Shown: positions 1-9,642 of the stretch, piece by piece
How positions within the stretch are numbered: the stretch's first letter is position 1
Layout: each line of letters starts with the position of its first letter
Origin: a virus
IMG/VR virus record: IMGVR_UViG_3300045988_167643
Reading direction: 5' to 3' (one strand)
DNA: 64,000 nucleotides
Program-made: the position numbers and the translations under genes
Notes under the pieces: generated by a model
Told to the model about the DNA's origin: nothing
The model's input: only the letters and a program-made list of their open reading frames with translations
Databases searched by the model: none

Positions 1-198
1 TGGTGCAATGAAAGAGCATGTGACGGATGCTGGGGAACACTGACAGCTATGGCGTGTATTGATTTAATAGGTGAAGTTAAAAAAGTTCCGTTTTGGAAAA
101 GAGAGAAATTTTGGAAAGAAAATTACGAGCAGCAGGTATTGGAAGAGATTATTAATCCGATAGAGAAGAAGTTAGAGGAGATGAAGAAAAAATGTTAA
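1..198 (+). CDS. 3' end of a CDS truncated by the window edge (Cys-rich, WCNERACDGCWG...)
   Basis: Frame 1 is open from base 1 to TAA 196-198. There is no start in the window. The stop overlaps ATG 192 of the next ORF. Confidence 0.5.
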   Translation, partial: WCNERACDGCWGTLTAMACIDLIGEVKKVPFWKREKFWKENYEQQVLEEIINPIEKKLEEMKKKC

Positions 199-482
199 GA
201 ATAACGCTAGATGAAGCAATTGCTTATGAAGAAGAAATAGTGGAAAGAGCACGTAGCGCTATGAATTTTGAGTCAGTTGATTCTATTGATAATGATATAA
301 AATCAAATTGCAAAATAATAGAGATACAACATTGGCAACTCATTAAATGGCTGAAAGAACTAAAGTTATATAGAGAGGCAGAAGAAAAAGGGTTAATTAA
401 GCTAACTTCAAATATTGATAATTTTATATACTGTCCGTATTGTGGAAGAAAATTAGAAAGAAATGAGAAAAATAATGAATAA
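192..482 (+). CDS. hypothetical protein, C-terminal CPYCG half zinc-ribbon
   Basis: ORF track. The start overlaps the upstream stop. No family recognised. Confidence 0.6.
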   Translation: MLRITLDEAIAYEEEIVERARSAMNFESVDSIDNDIKSNCKIIEIQHWQLIKWLKELKLYREAEEKGLIKLTSNIDNFIYCPYCGRKLERNEKNNE

Positions 483-609
483 TAATACAGTAAGTAAGGT
501 AGCAGCATGGGTTGGCACTGCAATAGCAATATCTGTAGCGTTATATTTTACAAAAAATCCAATTTGTTTATGGGCATTTGCATTTCCAATGATTGCTATG
601 GGAGTATAG
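475..609 (+). CDS. small hydrophobic protein (44 aa)
   Basis: Read by hand, below the track cutoff. ATG 475 overlaps the previous stop (ATGAATAA). The sequence has two hydrophobic stretches and ends at TAG 607-609. Confidence 0.4.
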   Translation: MNNNTVSKVAAWVGTAIAISVALYFTKNPICLWAFAFPMIAMGV

Positions 610-635
610 AATAAACTTTTTATCGGAGATAAATA

Positions 636-1451
636 ATGGAAGAATTAAAGAATGAAAAAAAACGTTTTGTTGATAAAATTTATATAATAACTGATGAAAT
701 GGACTCGTATAGTGGAAACACTGATGTCATTGGATGGTACGACTCTAATGGAAGAAAATATTACAGTCCTGATGAAATTAAGGAACTATACGAAAATGGA
801 GAGACAGAAAATGTATTTATAGATCCTAGTGGTAAACTAAATATGAGACAAACTTGGTTAGTTTTTAGAGTTGCTTTTACAGTTCAATGCGGCATTCCAT
901 TTGGGAACTATGATAAATATCCTAATCTATTAGAATACGCTAAGAAAGTTGGAATTGTTGCTAATAATCCAAGACCAATTAAAATGCTTGCAGGTATTAA
1001 AACTGTAAATGAGTATTATGGGGAATATGGTGAAGGTCCAACAGGCACATATAAAATTACATACAAAATAAATGATGATGTTGTTTCTTCATTCAACCAG
1101 GAATATCTGACTAAGATTGCAAATGGATTTATTAATAGAATCACTCAAGATAATAGCTTAATTTCTATATGCAATAAATGCAAATATTATGAGTGGACTC
1201 ATACAATATGTATCTATTTGGTGTCTGAAAAAGACATGGAAAAATCAGAACTAATTAGAGAGTTCAAAGTTTTTGATATGGAATTGTTGATGTTAAAATC
1301 AAATAATTTTACAACTATTATGAATGCTTGTAAAATGGCTTGTCGTGATCAAGGGCAGTATCATTGGATAAAAGAAAAAGGTACTGAGAATGACGAGAAG
1401 AAATCTAATTATTATTGGTATGATAAAACTGGAAAGAAAGAAGAAAAATGA
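636..1451 (+). CDS. hypothetical protein (271 aa)
   Basis: Long ORF with GGAG-like RBS upstream. The stop overlaps the next start (ATGA). Confidence 0.7.
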   Translation: MEELKNEKKRFVDKIYIITDEMDSYSGNTDVIGWYDSNGRKYYSPDEIKELYENGETENVFIDPSGKLNMRQTWLVFRVAFTVQCGIPFGNYDKYPNLLEYAKKVGIVANNPRPIKMLAGIKTVNEYYGEYGEGPTGTYKITYKINDDVVSSFNQEYLTKIANGFINRITQDNSLISICNKCKYYEWTHTICIYLVSEKDMEKSELIREFKVFDMELLMLKSNNFTTIMNACKMACRDQGQYHWIKEKGTENDEKKSNYYWYDKTGKKEEK

Positions 1452-1801
1452 AGAATAAGGATAGAATCAAATATACATCAGATCATAGAAAAGCTTTTAG
1501 AAAAATTGAGAAACAGTTATTGGGATATAATACTTTTAGAAGCTTATTTCATGATTTAGATAAAATGTTCTTATATATGTTTTTTGATTATAAGAAAGTA
1601 CGCTATTGGCACAGACTCCATATGCCTCATCATAATGTTAAAGCAAAAACACATTCTGATTTTATACAAATGGTAATTGACTGGGAGTGTGCAAGATATA
1701 CAAAACCAGACAAGCCATTAAATGCTAGAGAGACGTTAGCAAAATTTTATCCAGAATTAACAGATAAGGTATTGCCGGTAATTGAAGAACTTGGATTGTA
1801 A
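1448..1801 (+). CDS. small HD-like protein (DUF5662-like by recollection)
   Basis: The His/Asp cluster HDLDK ... HRLHMPHHN suggests a metal-dependent phosphohydrolase-like fold. Coupled start (ATGA). Confidence 0.55.
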   Translation: MKNKDRIKYTSDHRKAFRKIEKQLLGYNTFRSLFHDLDKMFLYMFFDYKKVRYWHRLHMPHHNVKAKTHSDFIQMVIDWECARYTKPDKPLNARETLAKFYPELTDKVLPVIEELGL

Positions 1802-1811
1802 AGGAGAATAT

Positions 1812-2156
1812 ATGAGTACAAATTTGATTATCAAAGATCGAGGTACCGGAAAGAGTGCACAGTTACTTTATACAAGCGCAACAACTCAATATCCTATATT
1901 AACCAAAACAAAAGATAGGGCTGTTAATTTGCTAAAAATGGCTGAAGACTTAGACTTGTGTATTCCGGTACCGTTAACTGAGAATGACATTAAATCAAGG
2001 GGAATCAGATTGCCTGAGAATATCCTTGTAGATGAGGGATATGATCTAATCGGTACTGCCCTTAATTATTACCTTGGAACACATGTTGTGGCAGTAACAC
2101 TAACAGATAAACTTAAGGAGAGATACGGTAAAAATGATTATAGCAGCTGCAGTTAA
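1812..2156 (+). CDS. hypothetical protein with P-loop-like RGTGKS
   Basis: AAGGAG RBS lies about 7 nt upstream of ATG 1812. The track start at 1782 lies inside the previous gene. Confidence 0.6.
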   Translation: MSTNLIIKDRGTGKSAQLLYTSATTQYPILTKTKDRAVNLLKMAEDLDLCIPVPLTENDIKSRGIRLPENILVDEGYDLIGTALNYYLGTHVVAVTLTDKLKERYGKNDYSSCS

Positions 2157-2400
2157 ATTTTATATTGAGAAAACTGATCAAGAGGTTATCCTATGTGGAT
2201 TGAGACACGATGCTCCATTTAGGCAATTGGCAGCACTTGGTTTTGAACCAAAAGTAGGATACAAAGAACTTGAGCAAGGATTTATAACAACTGATGGAGA
2301 ATTTCTGAATAGAGAACAGGCTTATTATCATGCTGTGAGTTGTAGGCAGATCAAACCTGATGATGGACCGGCTTGGCTCATTTCAGAAATGTTGTGGTAA
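2134..2400 (+). CDS. hypothetical protein (88 aa)
   Basis: ORF track. Overlaps the upstream gene end in operon style. Confidence 0.55.
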   Translation: MIIAAAVKFYIEKTDQEVILCGLRHDAPFRQLAALGFEPKVGYKELEQGFITTDGEFLNREQAYYHAVSCRQIKPDDGPAWLISEMLW

Positions 2401-2412
2401 AATTTAGTTTTT

Positions 2413-2679
2413 ATGGAGATTAAAATGTGGAATAGATTTGATTTAAAACAATGGAATAAATATCTTACATATAATCAAAATTTGAATAATGGTATAAATC
2501 TTCCGGAAAAGGATATCCCTGTCCTTATCCACAATTTTGATAACTGCAAATACTATGTAGGAAGATTTTCAAAAGGCATAAATGGTGAACTTAGATTGCA
2601 TTCTTGTGAGACAGGAAATGAGTTTTATTGTTTCTATATAGAATGGCAATATTTTGATATAGGAGACACTTATGAGTAA
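2413..2679 (+). CDS. hypothetical protein (88 aa)
   Basis: ORF track. Same strand and tightly spaced. Confidence 0.55.
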   Translation: MEIKMWNRFDLKQWNKYLTYNQNLNNGINLPEKDIPVLIHNFDNCKYYVGRFSKGINGELRLHSCETGNEFYCFYIEWQYFDIGDTYE

Positions 2680-2872
2680 AAGAAAATTGACTATTAGCAG
2701 CAAGTACAGAAGTGTTATAAAGAGTGCTTTAATGATTACAACGAAGAAGAGTTTATGAGTTTCTTTAGCAAGGTTATGAAGAAATGCGATGAAGGATATT
2801 CGTTGAATAATGCATTTCGTTATTGCCAGATTGATAAAATCAAAGAAGATATGGGTAAGGAGTTTTTGAAAA

Positions 2873-3697
2873 ATGAGTAAAAATAATTCTGTTGTAAGGT
2901 ATAATGATGAACTATATACTCTGTTAAATAAAATATCAGTGAGTTTATCATCATGTTTTAATAAGAAAAGTATAGCGTCTTGTTGTTGGCGTTCAAATAT
3001 ATATGCAGAGAAATTATTAGAATACTGTTATGGAGATGAACCACTTTCATTACCTATTGATCTTGATAAAATAGAAAACAAATTAAAAATATTTACTGGG
3101 CAAGTAGATATGAAAGATTTCTCAAATGATAATATTAAAAGACCAAATCGTAAAGTTTCTCAGTTATTGATAGAGAAGAACCCTATTACACAGGAAAACG
3201 AAGTGATTATTTATGTTGACAAGAACATACCAACTTTACAAAAAAGATATGCAGTAACAAATGAAATAGCAAAATATATACTACATATAGATGATAAAAA
3301 GATATATGAAAATTATTTTGTAATGCCCATACTTCCAGCAAATTCTTACGATTTGATTGCAGATATTTTTTCAATCTTTTTATTAGTTCCTATGAAACTT
3401 TTTCTTGATGAGTTTTATGAATATGTAAAATATAGGAGTGATACTCAGAAAATTCCAATAAGTACAGAAGAGTGGATAAAATATCTTGCAGAAAGGGCTG
3501 GCGTACCAGAATACTATGTTGCTTATGGGTATCAATATTTAAGGAGCTGCGCATTTTTGATTTATCAGGCTTGGACTGCAGATTCGGAAAAAATAAAAGA
3601 AATTAAAATGACAAAGACTGAATTAAAAGAAATTAAAAATTGTATTTCAGAAGAAAAATTTAATAAATTAAAGTATTTGCTATATCAAATTGAATAA
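2873..3697 (+). CDS. hypothetical protein (274 aa)
   Basis: Long ORF. NEIAKYILH only loosely resembles an HExxH peptidase motif, so no function is assigned. Confidence 0.7.
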   Translation: MSKNNSVVRYNDELYTLLNKISVSLSSCFNKKSIASCCWRSNIYAEKLLEYCYGDEPLSLPIDLDKIENKLKIFTGQVDMKDFSNDNIKRPNRKVSQLLIEKNPITQENEVIIYVDKNIPTLQKRYAVTNEIAKYILHIDDKKIYENYFVMPILPANSYDLIADIFSIFLLVPMKLFLDEFYEYVKYRSDTQKIPISTEEWIKYLAERAGVPEYYVAYGYQYLRSCAFLIYQAWTADSEKIKEIKMTKTELKEIKNCISEEKFNKLKYLLYQIE

Positions 3698-3723
3698 CAT
3701 AGAAAGCTTAAGAGGTAATTATT

Positions 3724-4098
3724 ATGTTACATTATAAAGTTGATAAATATACTATTGGCGGTACGCTTCAATATTATACTCATAAAATTTTTGAAGAGAC
3801 AGGATTGCAATATAGAGAAGATGAAATTAAAGATGGAGATGTTTTTGCATTTGCTTACTTAGAAGATGAAAGGGCGACCAATTTTTTCTGTAAACCAGTA
3901 AAAGGTAGAATAGATGGTTATATGTTTTTTGAGTATAAAAAGAATGGTGAATTAAAGAAAAATGGTGTAGGTATTGGAGCCAGAATATATGCAGATACAT
4001 ATGAGGAAGCGGTAGAAGGCTTTAATATCCTTATTCAGAATAGAATTAAACGATTAAAAGAAGAGATTAATAGAGTAGAGAATTTTTTAATCGAATAA
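3724..4098 (+). CDS. hypothetical protein (124 aa)
   Basis: ORF track, with GAGG RBS upstream. Confidence 0.6.
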   Translation: MLHYKVDKYTIGGTLQYYTHKIFEETGLQYREDEIKDGDVFAFAYLEDERATNFFCKPVKGRIDGYMFFEYKKNGELKKNGVGIGARIYADTYEEAVEGFNILIQNRIKRLKEEINRVENFLIE

Positions 4099-4123
4099 AA
4101 ATTTAGTTTGATTGGAGAAATTT

Positions 4124-4501
4124 ATGTTCAGTACAATTATAGCTATTATTGGTATTATGGTTTTTACCATTTTAATAATTTTTCTTATATGTTTAATGCT
4201 GCAAGAAAAAATTGAAAAAAGTATATATAAAATTCCTTTTATTACTAAAAAAGTAGAATGTTACAAAATTAATAAACGTATAAAAGATGTATTTAATAGT
4301 GCTGTTTATGACCAAAATAGAAGAATATCTATGGCAATGATGGAAGGTAAAAAACATACAATATTTATATTTGCAAACGATGAATATTATTTTAATCCAT
4401 GGAATACGTATAAGAAGCAATATAGACAAATTTTGTTTGACATGGGAATGAAATATTACAAAAGATACAAAATAGATGGAGATAAAATCTCCTGGGATTA
4501 A
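4124..4501 (+). CDS. membrane-anchored hypothetical protein
   Basis: GGAG lies 6 nt upstream of ATG 4124 (the track start 4112 is TTG). The N-terminal segment STIIAIIGIMVFTILIIFLICLML is a TM helix. Confidence 0.6.
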   Translation: MFSTIIAIIGIMVFTILIIFLICLMLQEKIEKSIYKIPFITKKVECYKINKRIKDVFNSAVYDQNRRISMAMMEGKKHTIFIFANDEYYFNPWNTYKKQYRQILFDMGMKYYKRYKIDGDKISWD

Positions 4502-4572
4502 TTCTTATAGCTGCGATTCCGCAGTTAATTTCCAGAATAAATAAAAATTGAATAGGGAAGAAGGTATTGTAG

Positions 4573-4950
4573 ATGAAATATTTCATTATTTTAATCACTA
4601 TGATTTTTTGCCATATAGTGGATGACTATTATCTTCAAGGATGGTTAGCGTCTGCGAAACAAAAATCGTGGTGGAAGAAAAATGCTCCAGATGATTTATA
4701 TAAGCATGATTATCTGATGGCGTTATTTATGCATAGTTTTAGCTGGACATTTATGATGATGCTTGCACCAACATTGTATGTAATTATATTTGGTGGACAT
4801 TATTATCCGTTAGTGTTTGTGCTTAATGTAATAATTCACATGATCACTGATAATATGAAAGCCAATAAGAAAGAGATTAATTTGATTCAGGATCAGTTAA
4901 TTCATTTAGCACAAATTGCTGCAACATTTTTAGTTTTATTTTGGAAGTAG
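4573..4950 (+). CDS. polytopic membrane protein, DUF3307-like
   Basis: Several hydrophobic segments. The N-terminal HIVDDYYLQG matches the H..D...Q signature I associate with DUF3307. Confidence 0.6.
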   Translation: MKYFIILITMIFCHIVDDYYLQGWLASAKQKSWWKKNAPDDLYKHDYLMALFMHSFSWTFMMMLAPTLYVIIFGGHYYPLVFVLNVIIHMITDNMKANKKEINLIQDQLIHLAQIAATFLVLFWK

Positions 4951-4957
4951 GTAATGA

Positions 4958-5248
4958 ATGGATAGAGCAGAAAGACGTAAGGAAACTTTTAGAGTAATTA
5001 GGCAGAGAAAAAGGAAGTTAAAAGCATACCAACATAATTCAGATGATTCTCTATGTGATGGGAAATTAAAAAACAATAATGAGATGAATGCATTTCGTTA
5101 TACAAAGAAAAAAACCAATTGGAAAAAGCGACATGCAAATTGGAGAACAAATTTTGGATATGGTGTTGGTATGGATTGGAAAAAGCATGACAAACAACAA
5201 TTAGAGGACATGGATCACCAAGAGGAGGAATGGAAAAATGAACAATAA
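4958..5248 (+). CDS. highly basic hypothetical protein
   Basis: ORF track. K/R-rich, with its end coupled to the next ORF. Confidence 0.55.
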   Translation: MDRAERRKETFRVIRQRKRKLKAYQHNSDDSLCDGKLKNNNEMNAFRYTKKKTNWKKRHANWRTNFGYGVGMDWKKHDKQQLEDMDHQEEEWKNEQ

Positions 5249-5447
5249 AAGAAATAGTAGCAGTTCAAGTGGTATGGGAATTTTAGGTGTTTTGCAGATT
5301 GTGTTTCTGGTACTTAAGCTTACCGGACTGATCACATGGTCGTGGCCAGTTGTTCTAATTCCGTTATGGATTAGTCTTGGAATATTTGTGATTTTCCTTA
5401 TTTTTGTGATTATTGCAGTAACAGGTCATTACAAATGGAAACGATAA
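5238..5447 (+). CDS. small two-TM membrane protein
   Basis: ORF track. Contains two hydrophobic helices (GILGVLQIVFLVLKL, LIPLWISLGIFVIFLIFVIIAV). Confidence 0.6.
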   Translation: MNNKRNSSSSSGMGILGVLQIVFLVLKLTGLITWSWPVVLIPLWISLGIFVIFLIFVIIAVTGHYKWKR

Positions 5448-5492
5448 AGGTTTGGTTTTATGAGCAAGCACCATTTGCTATTAAAAATAAAA

Positions 5493-5518
5493 GAGGACTG
5501 TCGTGATGACCAGCCCTC
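5493..5518 (-). terminator. intrinsic terminator for the minus-strand gene 5554..5763
   Basis: Hairpin GAGGACTG/CAGCCCTC pairs 7 of 8. On the minus strand it is followed by TTTTATTTTTAAT. Confidence 0.5.
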
Positions 5519-5553
5519 ATAAAAGGAGAAACATATGTTCAATCAAGACAGCG

Positions 5554-5763
5554 TTATTTTGGGATATTAATATTTATATCTTTGGACATCATTTTGGCTA
5601 TTGACTTCACTTGTTCATCAGACAAGTTGGATTCAGTGACTTTGTGCACCAAATAGCACTTTCCGACTACAGAAGTAATATGACAAATAGCATAAATGAT
5701 AGCAATTCCAAAACTACCATATAATAATATCGTCATTATAACGTTCTGTCCTTTCTTATTCAT
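5554..5763 (-). CDS. small membrane protein (69 aa), lone minus-strand gene
   Basis: ORF track. Has a TM helix (IMTILLYGSFGIAIIYAICHI) and its own downstream terminator. Confidence 0.5.
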   Translation of the reverse strand: MNKKGQNVIMTILLYGSFGIAIIYAICHITSVVGKCYLVHKVTESNLSDEQVKSIAKMMSKDININIPK

Positions 5764-5913
5764 ATGTTAAAACGTGCTTTTAGCACTCCCACAGGTTCCT
5801 CACCAGGATACAGTAGCGTGCAACGTTCCTGGTGTGGTATCCATGGAACTACTAATATCTTAATTGATAACTGTAATACAATTCTCTTGAAAAATCAATA
5901 AAGGAGTATACAA

Positions 5914-6081
5914 ATGACGGTAAAAACTGTAAAAGAATTAATTGATGTTCTGAAAGATTATCCTCAGAACATGCGTGTTGCATCTGCGTGTCTTCCATTT
6001 GATGATTTAGAAGTTAATTTGCGTCATTATGAGAGCGATAATTATAAAGTAGAAGAATTTGATTTTATAGCAATTGATTAG
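5914..6081 (+). CDS. hypothetical protein (55 aa)
   Basis: Read by hand. AAGGAG RBS lies 7 nt upstream of ATG 5914, and the stop is TAG 6079-6081. Confidence 0.45.
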   Translation: MTVKTVKELIDVLKDYPQNMRVASACLPFDDLEVNLRHYESDNYKVEEFDFIAID

Positions 6082-6101
6082 TTTTAAAAAGGAGAATATA
6101 T

Positions 6102-6536
6102 ATGACAAAAGCAGAATTAATTTTCTATGAAATGACAGATAGAGAAATTTTCAGTAGAGCTAAAACAGTTTATGAGAAGTTAGGAATGAGTGAAAAAGGA
6201 CTTCTCTCAGTTATGCGTCCAACGATGGGTGCTGTAACAATTCTTTCAGTGGATCTCACAAATAAGATCAGAGATGCTGTAAGTATGCAGTATGACGATT
6301 TTCTTGCAGATGACTATATTGAAAGAGCAAAGAAAATTCAGAATGAAATGAAAGAAAAGAGAGAAGAAAGTATTAAGGGGCAGAAAGTAAGTAATTCATA
6401 TATTGATAAATTCAATAAAGAGGTACAGGACTCAGACAATGATTTTGAGAGAGAATGTACTAAAGAAATTATCAGACTTATAAAATTACTTCCTGATAAA
6501 TCTGCCAAGAAACTCATTAAAAAATATTTTGAATAA
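6102..6536 (+). CDS. hypothetical protein (144 aa)
   Basis: ORF track, with AAGGAG RBS. Confidence 0.65.
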   Translation: MTKAELIFYEMTDREIFSRAKTVYEKLGMSEKGLLSVMRPTMGAVTILSVDLTNKIRDAVSMQYDDFLADDYIERAKKIQNEMKEKREESIKGQKVSNSYIDKFNKEVQDSDNDFERECTKEIIRLIKLLPDKSAKKLIKKYFE

Positions 6537-6555
6537 AAAATAAGGAGAAAAAATT

Positions 6556-8604
6556 ATGAAGATGTATGATCCGGAAATCTGGAAAAATGAGAACAATGGA
6601 TATGAGGAACTTATTGAAAACATTAAGAAAACTTTTGCATCAAAATTGAAAGACAATGTAAAAACACCATTATTCAGAACAAGCGTATCTGACTTATTTG
6701 ACACATTTCTTTACTATCTTCCAGATGCTTGCAAACAGGAATATACATGTAGAGCTTGTAAACACTTTGTAGATCGATTTGGTGGACTTGTATTTATTAA
6801 AGAAGATGGAACAACTGAGTCTGCTATTTGGAATGTTGAAAATATTCCTGGAATGTTTATTGAGCCAATTACACAGATGAAAGAGATTGTTGAATCTGCA
6901 CAGGTCCAGGATATATTCGTATCAGACTATGTGGATCTTGGAACATATGATACTAATGGATTCCATCATTTTTCTGTAAAACTTCCAAGAGTAATGATCA
7001 ATACATCAAGAGTAAAAAATGCATCACAGGTATCTGCTGAGAAAGCTGAAGATTATGGAATGCTGAAAAGAGCACTTGAGAAGTATTCCATGCCACAGAT
7101 TGATCAGGCACTTAATTTATTAGAATCCGGAAGTTTATATAGAGGTAGCAGCTATGTAGCAATGTGCAAATGGTTTAAGGAAACAAAAGAGAAGATTGCT
7201 TCTATCAATGATCAGCCACAGCACACTAATATGATTTGGAAATATGCTGCTACAGCTCCAAATGGATTTACTCACATTTCCGGAAGTATGTTAGGTACAT
7301 TACTTGACTATATTGTAGATGGTGATGACTTTGATACTATCAAGCGTAAATTTGAGACTAATATGAGTGCCGAGAATTATAGACGTTCACAGTCTGCACC
7401 TACTCAGAGAGCTGTTGAAAGTGCTGAAAAACTTATTGAAAAACTTGGTCTTGCAGATTCACTTAGAAGAAGATATGCAAAACTGGATGAGCTTCCTGAG
7501 AATGAATTTATTTGGAAGAGTAAAACTGAAAAGAAAGATGAAGTAAAGACTGGAGTATTTGCAGGAGTTCAGACTAAAGCTGTAGATAGTAATGAAACAA
7601 AATCTGTAATTCCACAGGTAACTATGACATGGGATAAATTCGGAAAAACAATTCTTCCTACCGCAGATAAATTGGAAGTAAAGGTTGATGGAACAACTCA
7701 TCTTATGGGAATGGTAACAGCTGCGGTTCCGGAATCTGAAAATATTATGAACTGGGATAATCCATTTTCTTGGTATTATCAGAGTGGTATTGATTCTGTG
7801 ATTCGTGAGCGACTTGAAGCAAAAGGTGCAAAATATGAAGGTTGTGAGATCAGATGCTCTCTAATCTGGAATACACGAACAGATTTAGATTTGCATTGTA
7901 TTTGTCCTGATGGAGTAGAAATTTATTTTGGACATAAGAATCACGGATATGGTTCATTGGATGTTGATGCAAATGTTCATGGTGAGACAGTAACACCTGT
8001 TGAGAACATTCGTTGGCCACTTGGTAAAGTTCCAGAAGGACGTTATAAATTCTTTGTTAATAACTATACAAATAGAGCAACCCAGAATCCATATAAATTA
8101 GAGCTTGAAGTAAATGGAAAAATTTATACTTATGATGGAAATCTTATAAGTGATAGTTGTAGAAAAAATACAGACGTAGTATTTGAATTTGATTATTGTC
8201 ATGGCGAAGATCCTAAGTTTACTGCAAATTCTAAAAAGACAGAAACTAAAGAAACTTGGGGAATTAGCAACGGATTCTCAGAAGTTGTTGCAATTATTCC
8301 GTCTCCAAACATGTGGGGAGAAAATCCATATAAACGATCTGGTGAACATACTTTCTTCTTATTGAAAGACTGCAAAGATATGACAGGCGGAGTTGGACGT
8401 GGTTTCTTTACTGAAATGCTTAAGGGTGATTTACAGGAAATTAGAAAAACACTTGAGGCATATACAGCTTCAACACCTATTGAAGGTGAAGATGAAGCAA
8501 GTGCTTGTGGTGTTGGCTACAGTAAAGATAAAGAGTGGAATCTGATTGTAAAAGTGACTACCGGCAACATTGTAAAAATGATTAAGATTGATAGGTTTGA
8601 CTGA
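6556..8604 (+). CDS. large hypothetical protein with internal TerD/YfaP(DUF2135)-like beta-sandwich signature
   Basis: 682-aa ORF with AAGGAG RBS. The internal segment CSLIWNTRTDLDLHCICPDGVEIYFGHKNHGYGSLDVDANVHGETVTPVENIRWP..GRYKFFVNNY carries the signature. The N-terminal CRACKHF motif is unassigned. Confidence 0.75.
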   Translation: MKMYDPEIWKNENNGYEELIENIKKTFASKLKDNVKTPLFRTSVSDLFDTFLYYLPDACKQEYTCRACKHFVDRFGGLVFIKEDGTTESAIWNVENIPGMFIEPITQMKEIVESAQVQDIFVSDYVDLGTYDTNGFHHFSVKLPRVMINTSRVKNASQVSAEKAEDYGMLKRALEKYSMPQIDQALNLLESGSLYRGSSYVAMCKWFKETKEKIASINDQPQHTNMIWKYAATAPNGFTHISGSMLGTLLDYIVDGDDFDTIKRKFETNMSAENYRRSQSAPTQRAVESAEKLIEKLGLADSLRRRYAKLDELPENEFIWKSKTEKKDEVKTGVFAGVQTKAVDSNETKSVIPQVTMTWDKFGKTILPTADKLEVKVDGTTHLMGMVTAAVPESENIMNWDNPFSWYYQSGIDSVIRERLEAKGAKYEGCEIRCSLIWNTRTDLDLHCICPDGVEIYFGHKNHGYGSLDVDANVHGETVTPVENIRWPLGKVPEGRYKFFVNNYTNRATQNPYKLELEVNGKIYTYDGNLISDSCRKNTDVVFEFDYCHGEDPKFTANSKKTETKETWGISNGFSEVVAIIPSPNMWGENPYKRSGEHTFFLLKDCKDMTGGVGRGFFTEMLKGDLQEIRKTLEAYTASTPIEGEDEASACGVGYSKDKEWNLIVKVTTGNIVKMIKIDRFD

Positions 8605-8605
8605 T

Positions 8606-9640
8606 ATGAACATTGAAGAGATTAAGAAAAAAGTAGCTGGTCCGGACTATGATTTTCTGAGAAACAATGAACACCTTGGCTCCAACATTATTTTGTTGGG
8701 GTTAGGTGGAAGCTATAGCTATGGTACTCAAAAATCTGACGGAACGAGCGATTTGGATTTGAGGGGAATTTGCTTAAATAAAAAGCATGAAATTCTTACT
8801 AACCAGAATTTTGAACAATTTATCAACGAAGATACAGATACAACTATTTATGCGTTTAATAAGATTATTTATCTTATGGCAGCTTGCAACCCTAATGTTA
8901 TTGAGCTAGGAGGGCTTAAACCAGAACATTATTTATATATTCATCCAATTGGACAAGAAATATTAGATAATGCACATATGTTTTTATCTAAAAGGGCAAT
9001 TCATTCATTTGGTGGTTATGCCTCGCAACAATTAAGAAGAACAAATAACAAGGCAGCTCGTTTAGTAGGACAAACAGAGCGTGAACAACATATTTTAAAT
9101 TCGATAAACAATGCATTTTATACTTTTCCTACAAAATATTTTACATTTCCGGATGATTCTATAAAACTATATGTAGATAAGGCGGTTCAAGAAGACTATG
9201 ATACCGAAGTATTTATGGATATTAATCTAAAGCATTATCCGTTACGTGACTATAAATCTATGTGGTCCGAAATGAATAATATTGTTAAAGATTACTCGAA
9301 AATTGGTAAGCGTAATAAACATGCGGTAGAGCATGGAAAATTAGGTAAGCACATGATGCATTTGGTTCGCCTGTACTATATGTGTTTTGATATTTTGGAA
9401 AATGAGAAGATTATTACATACAGAGAAAAAGAACATTATTTGTTGATGGACATTAGAAATGGTAAATATTTAGATGAAAACAAACAGCCAATTCCAGAAT
9501 TCTTTGAGATGGTAAATGAGTTGGAAAAGAGACTGGAATATGATGCAGAAAACACATCACTTCCAGACAGTCCGGATTATAAAAGAATCAATGAGTTTGT
9601 TATGTCTGTAAACGAAAGAATTGTGAAAGGAGAAATTTAA
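8606..9640 (+). CDS. pol-beta superfamily nucleotidyltransferase (YcgL/RlaP-like by recollection)
   Basis: GLGGSYSYGTQKSDGTSDLDLRGI matches the G[SG]x9-13 D.D NTase signature. ATG 8606 lies 1 nt after the upstream stop (the track start 8588 is TTG). Confidence 0.7.
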   Translation: MNIEEIKKKVAGPDYDFLRNNEHLGSNIILLGLGGSYSYGTQKSDGTSDLDLRGICLNKKHEILTNQNFEQFINEDTDTTIYAFNKIIYLMAACNPNVIELGGLKPEHYLYIHPIGQEILDNAHMFLSKRAIHSFGGYASQQLRRTNNKAARLVGQTEREQHILNSINNAFYTFPTKYFTFPDDSIKLYVDKAVQEDYDTEVFMDINLKHYPLRDYKSMWSEMNNIVKDYSKIGKRNKHAVEHGKLGKHMMHLVRLYYMCFDILENEKIITYREKEHYLLMDIRNGKYLDENKQPIPEFFEMVNELEKRLEYDAENTSLPDSPDYKRINEFVMSVNERIVKGEI

Positions 9641-9642
9641 TT

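Noticed and set aside
2755-2880. 41-aa ORF (MSFFSKVMKKCDEGYSL...) in the 2680-2872 gap
   Set aside because: It is plausible coding sequence by composition, but there is no clear RBS and the start is ambiguous. Too weak to list as a feature.
2873-3697. ImmA/IrrE-type metallopeptidase call for the 274-aa ORF
   Set aside because: Only NEIAKYILH is present. There is no true HExxH and no downstream Glu or His ligand that I can place.
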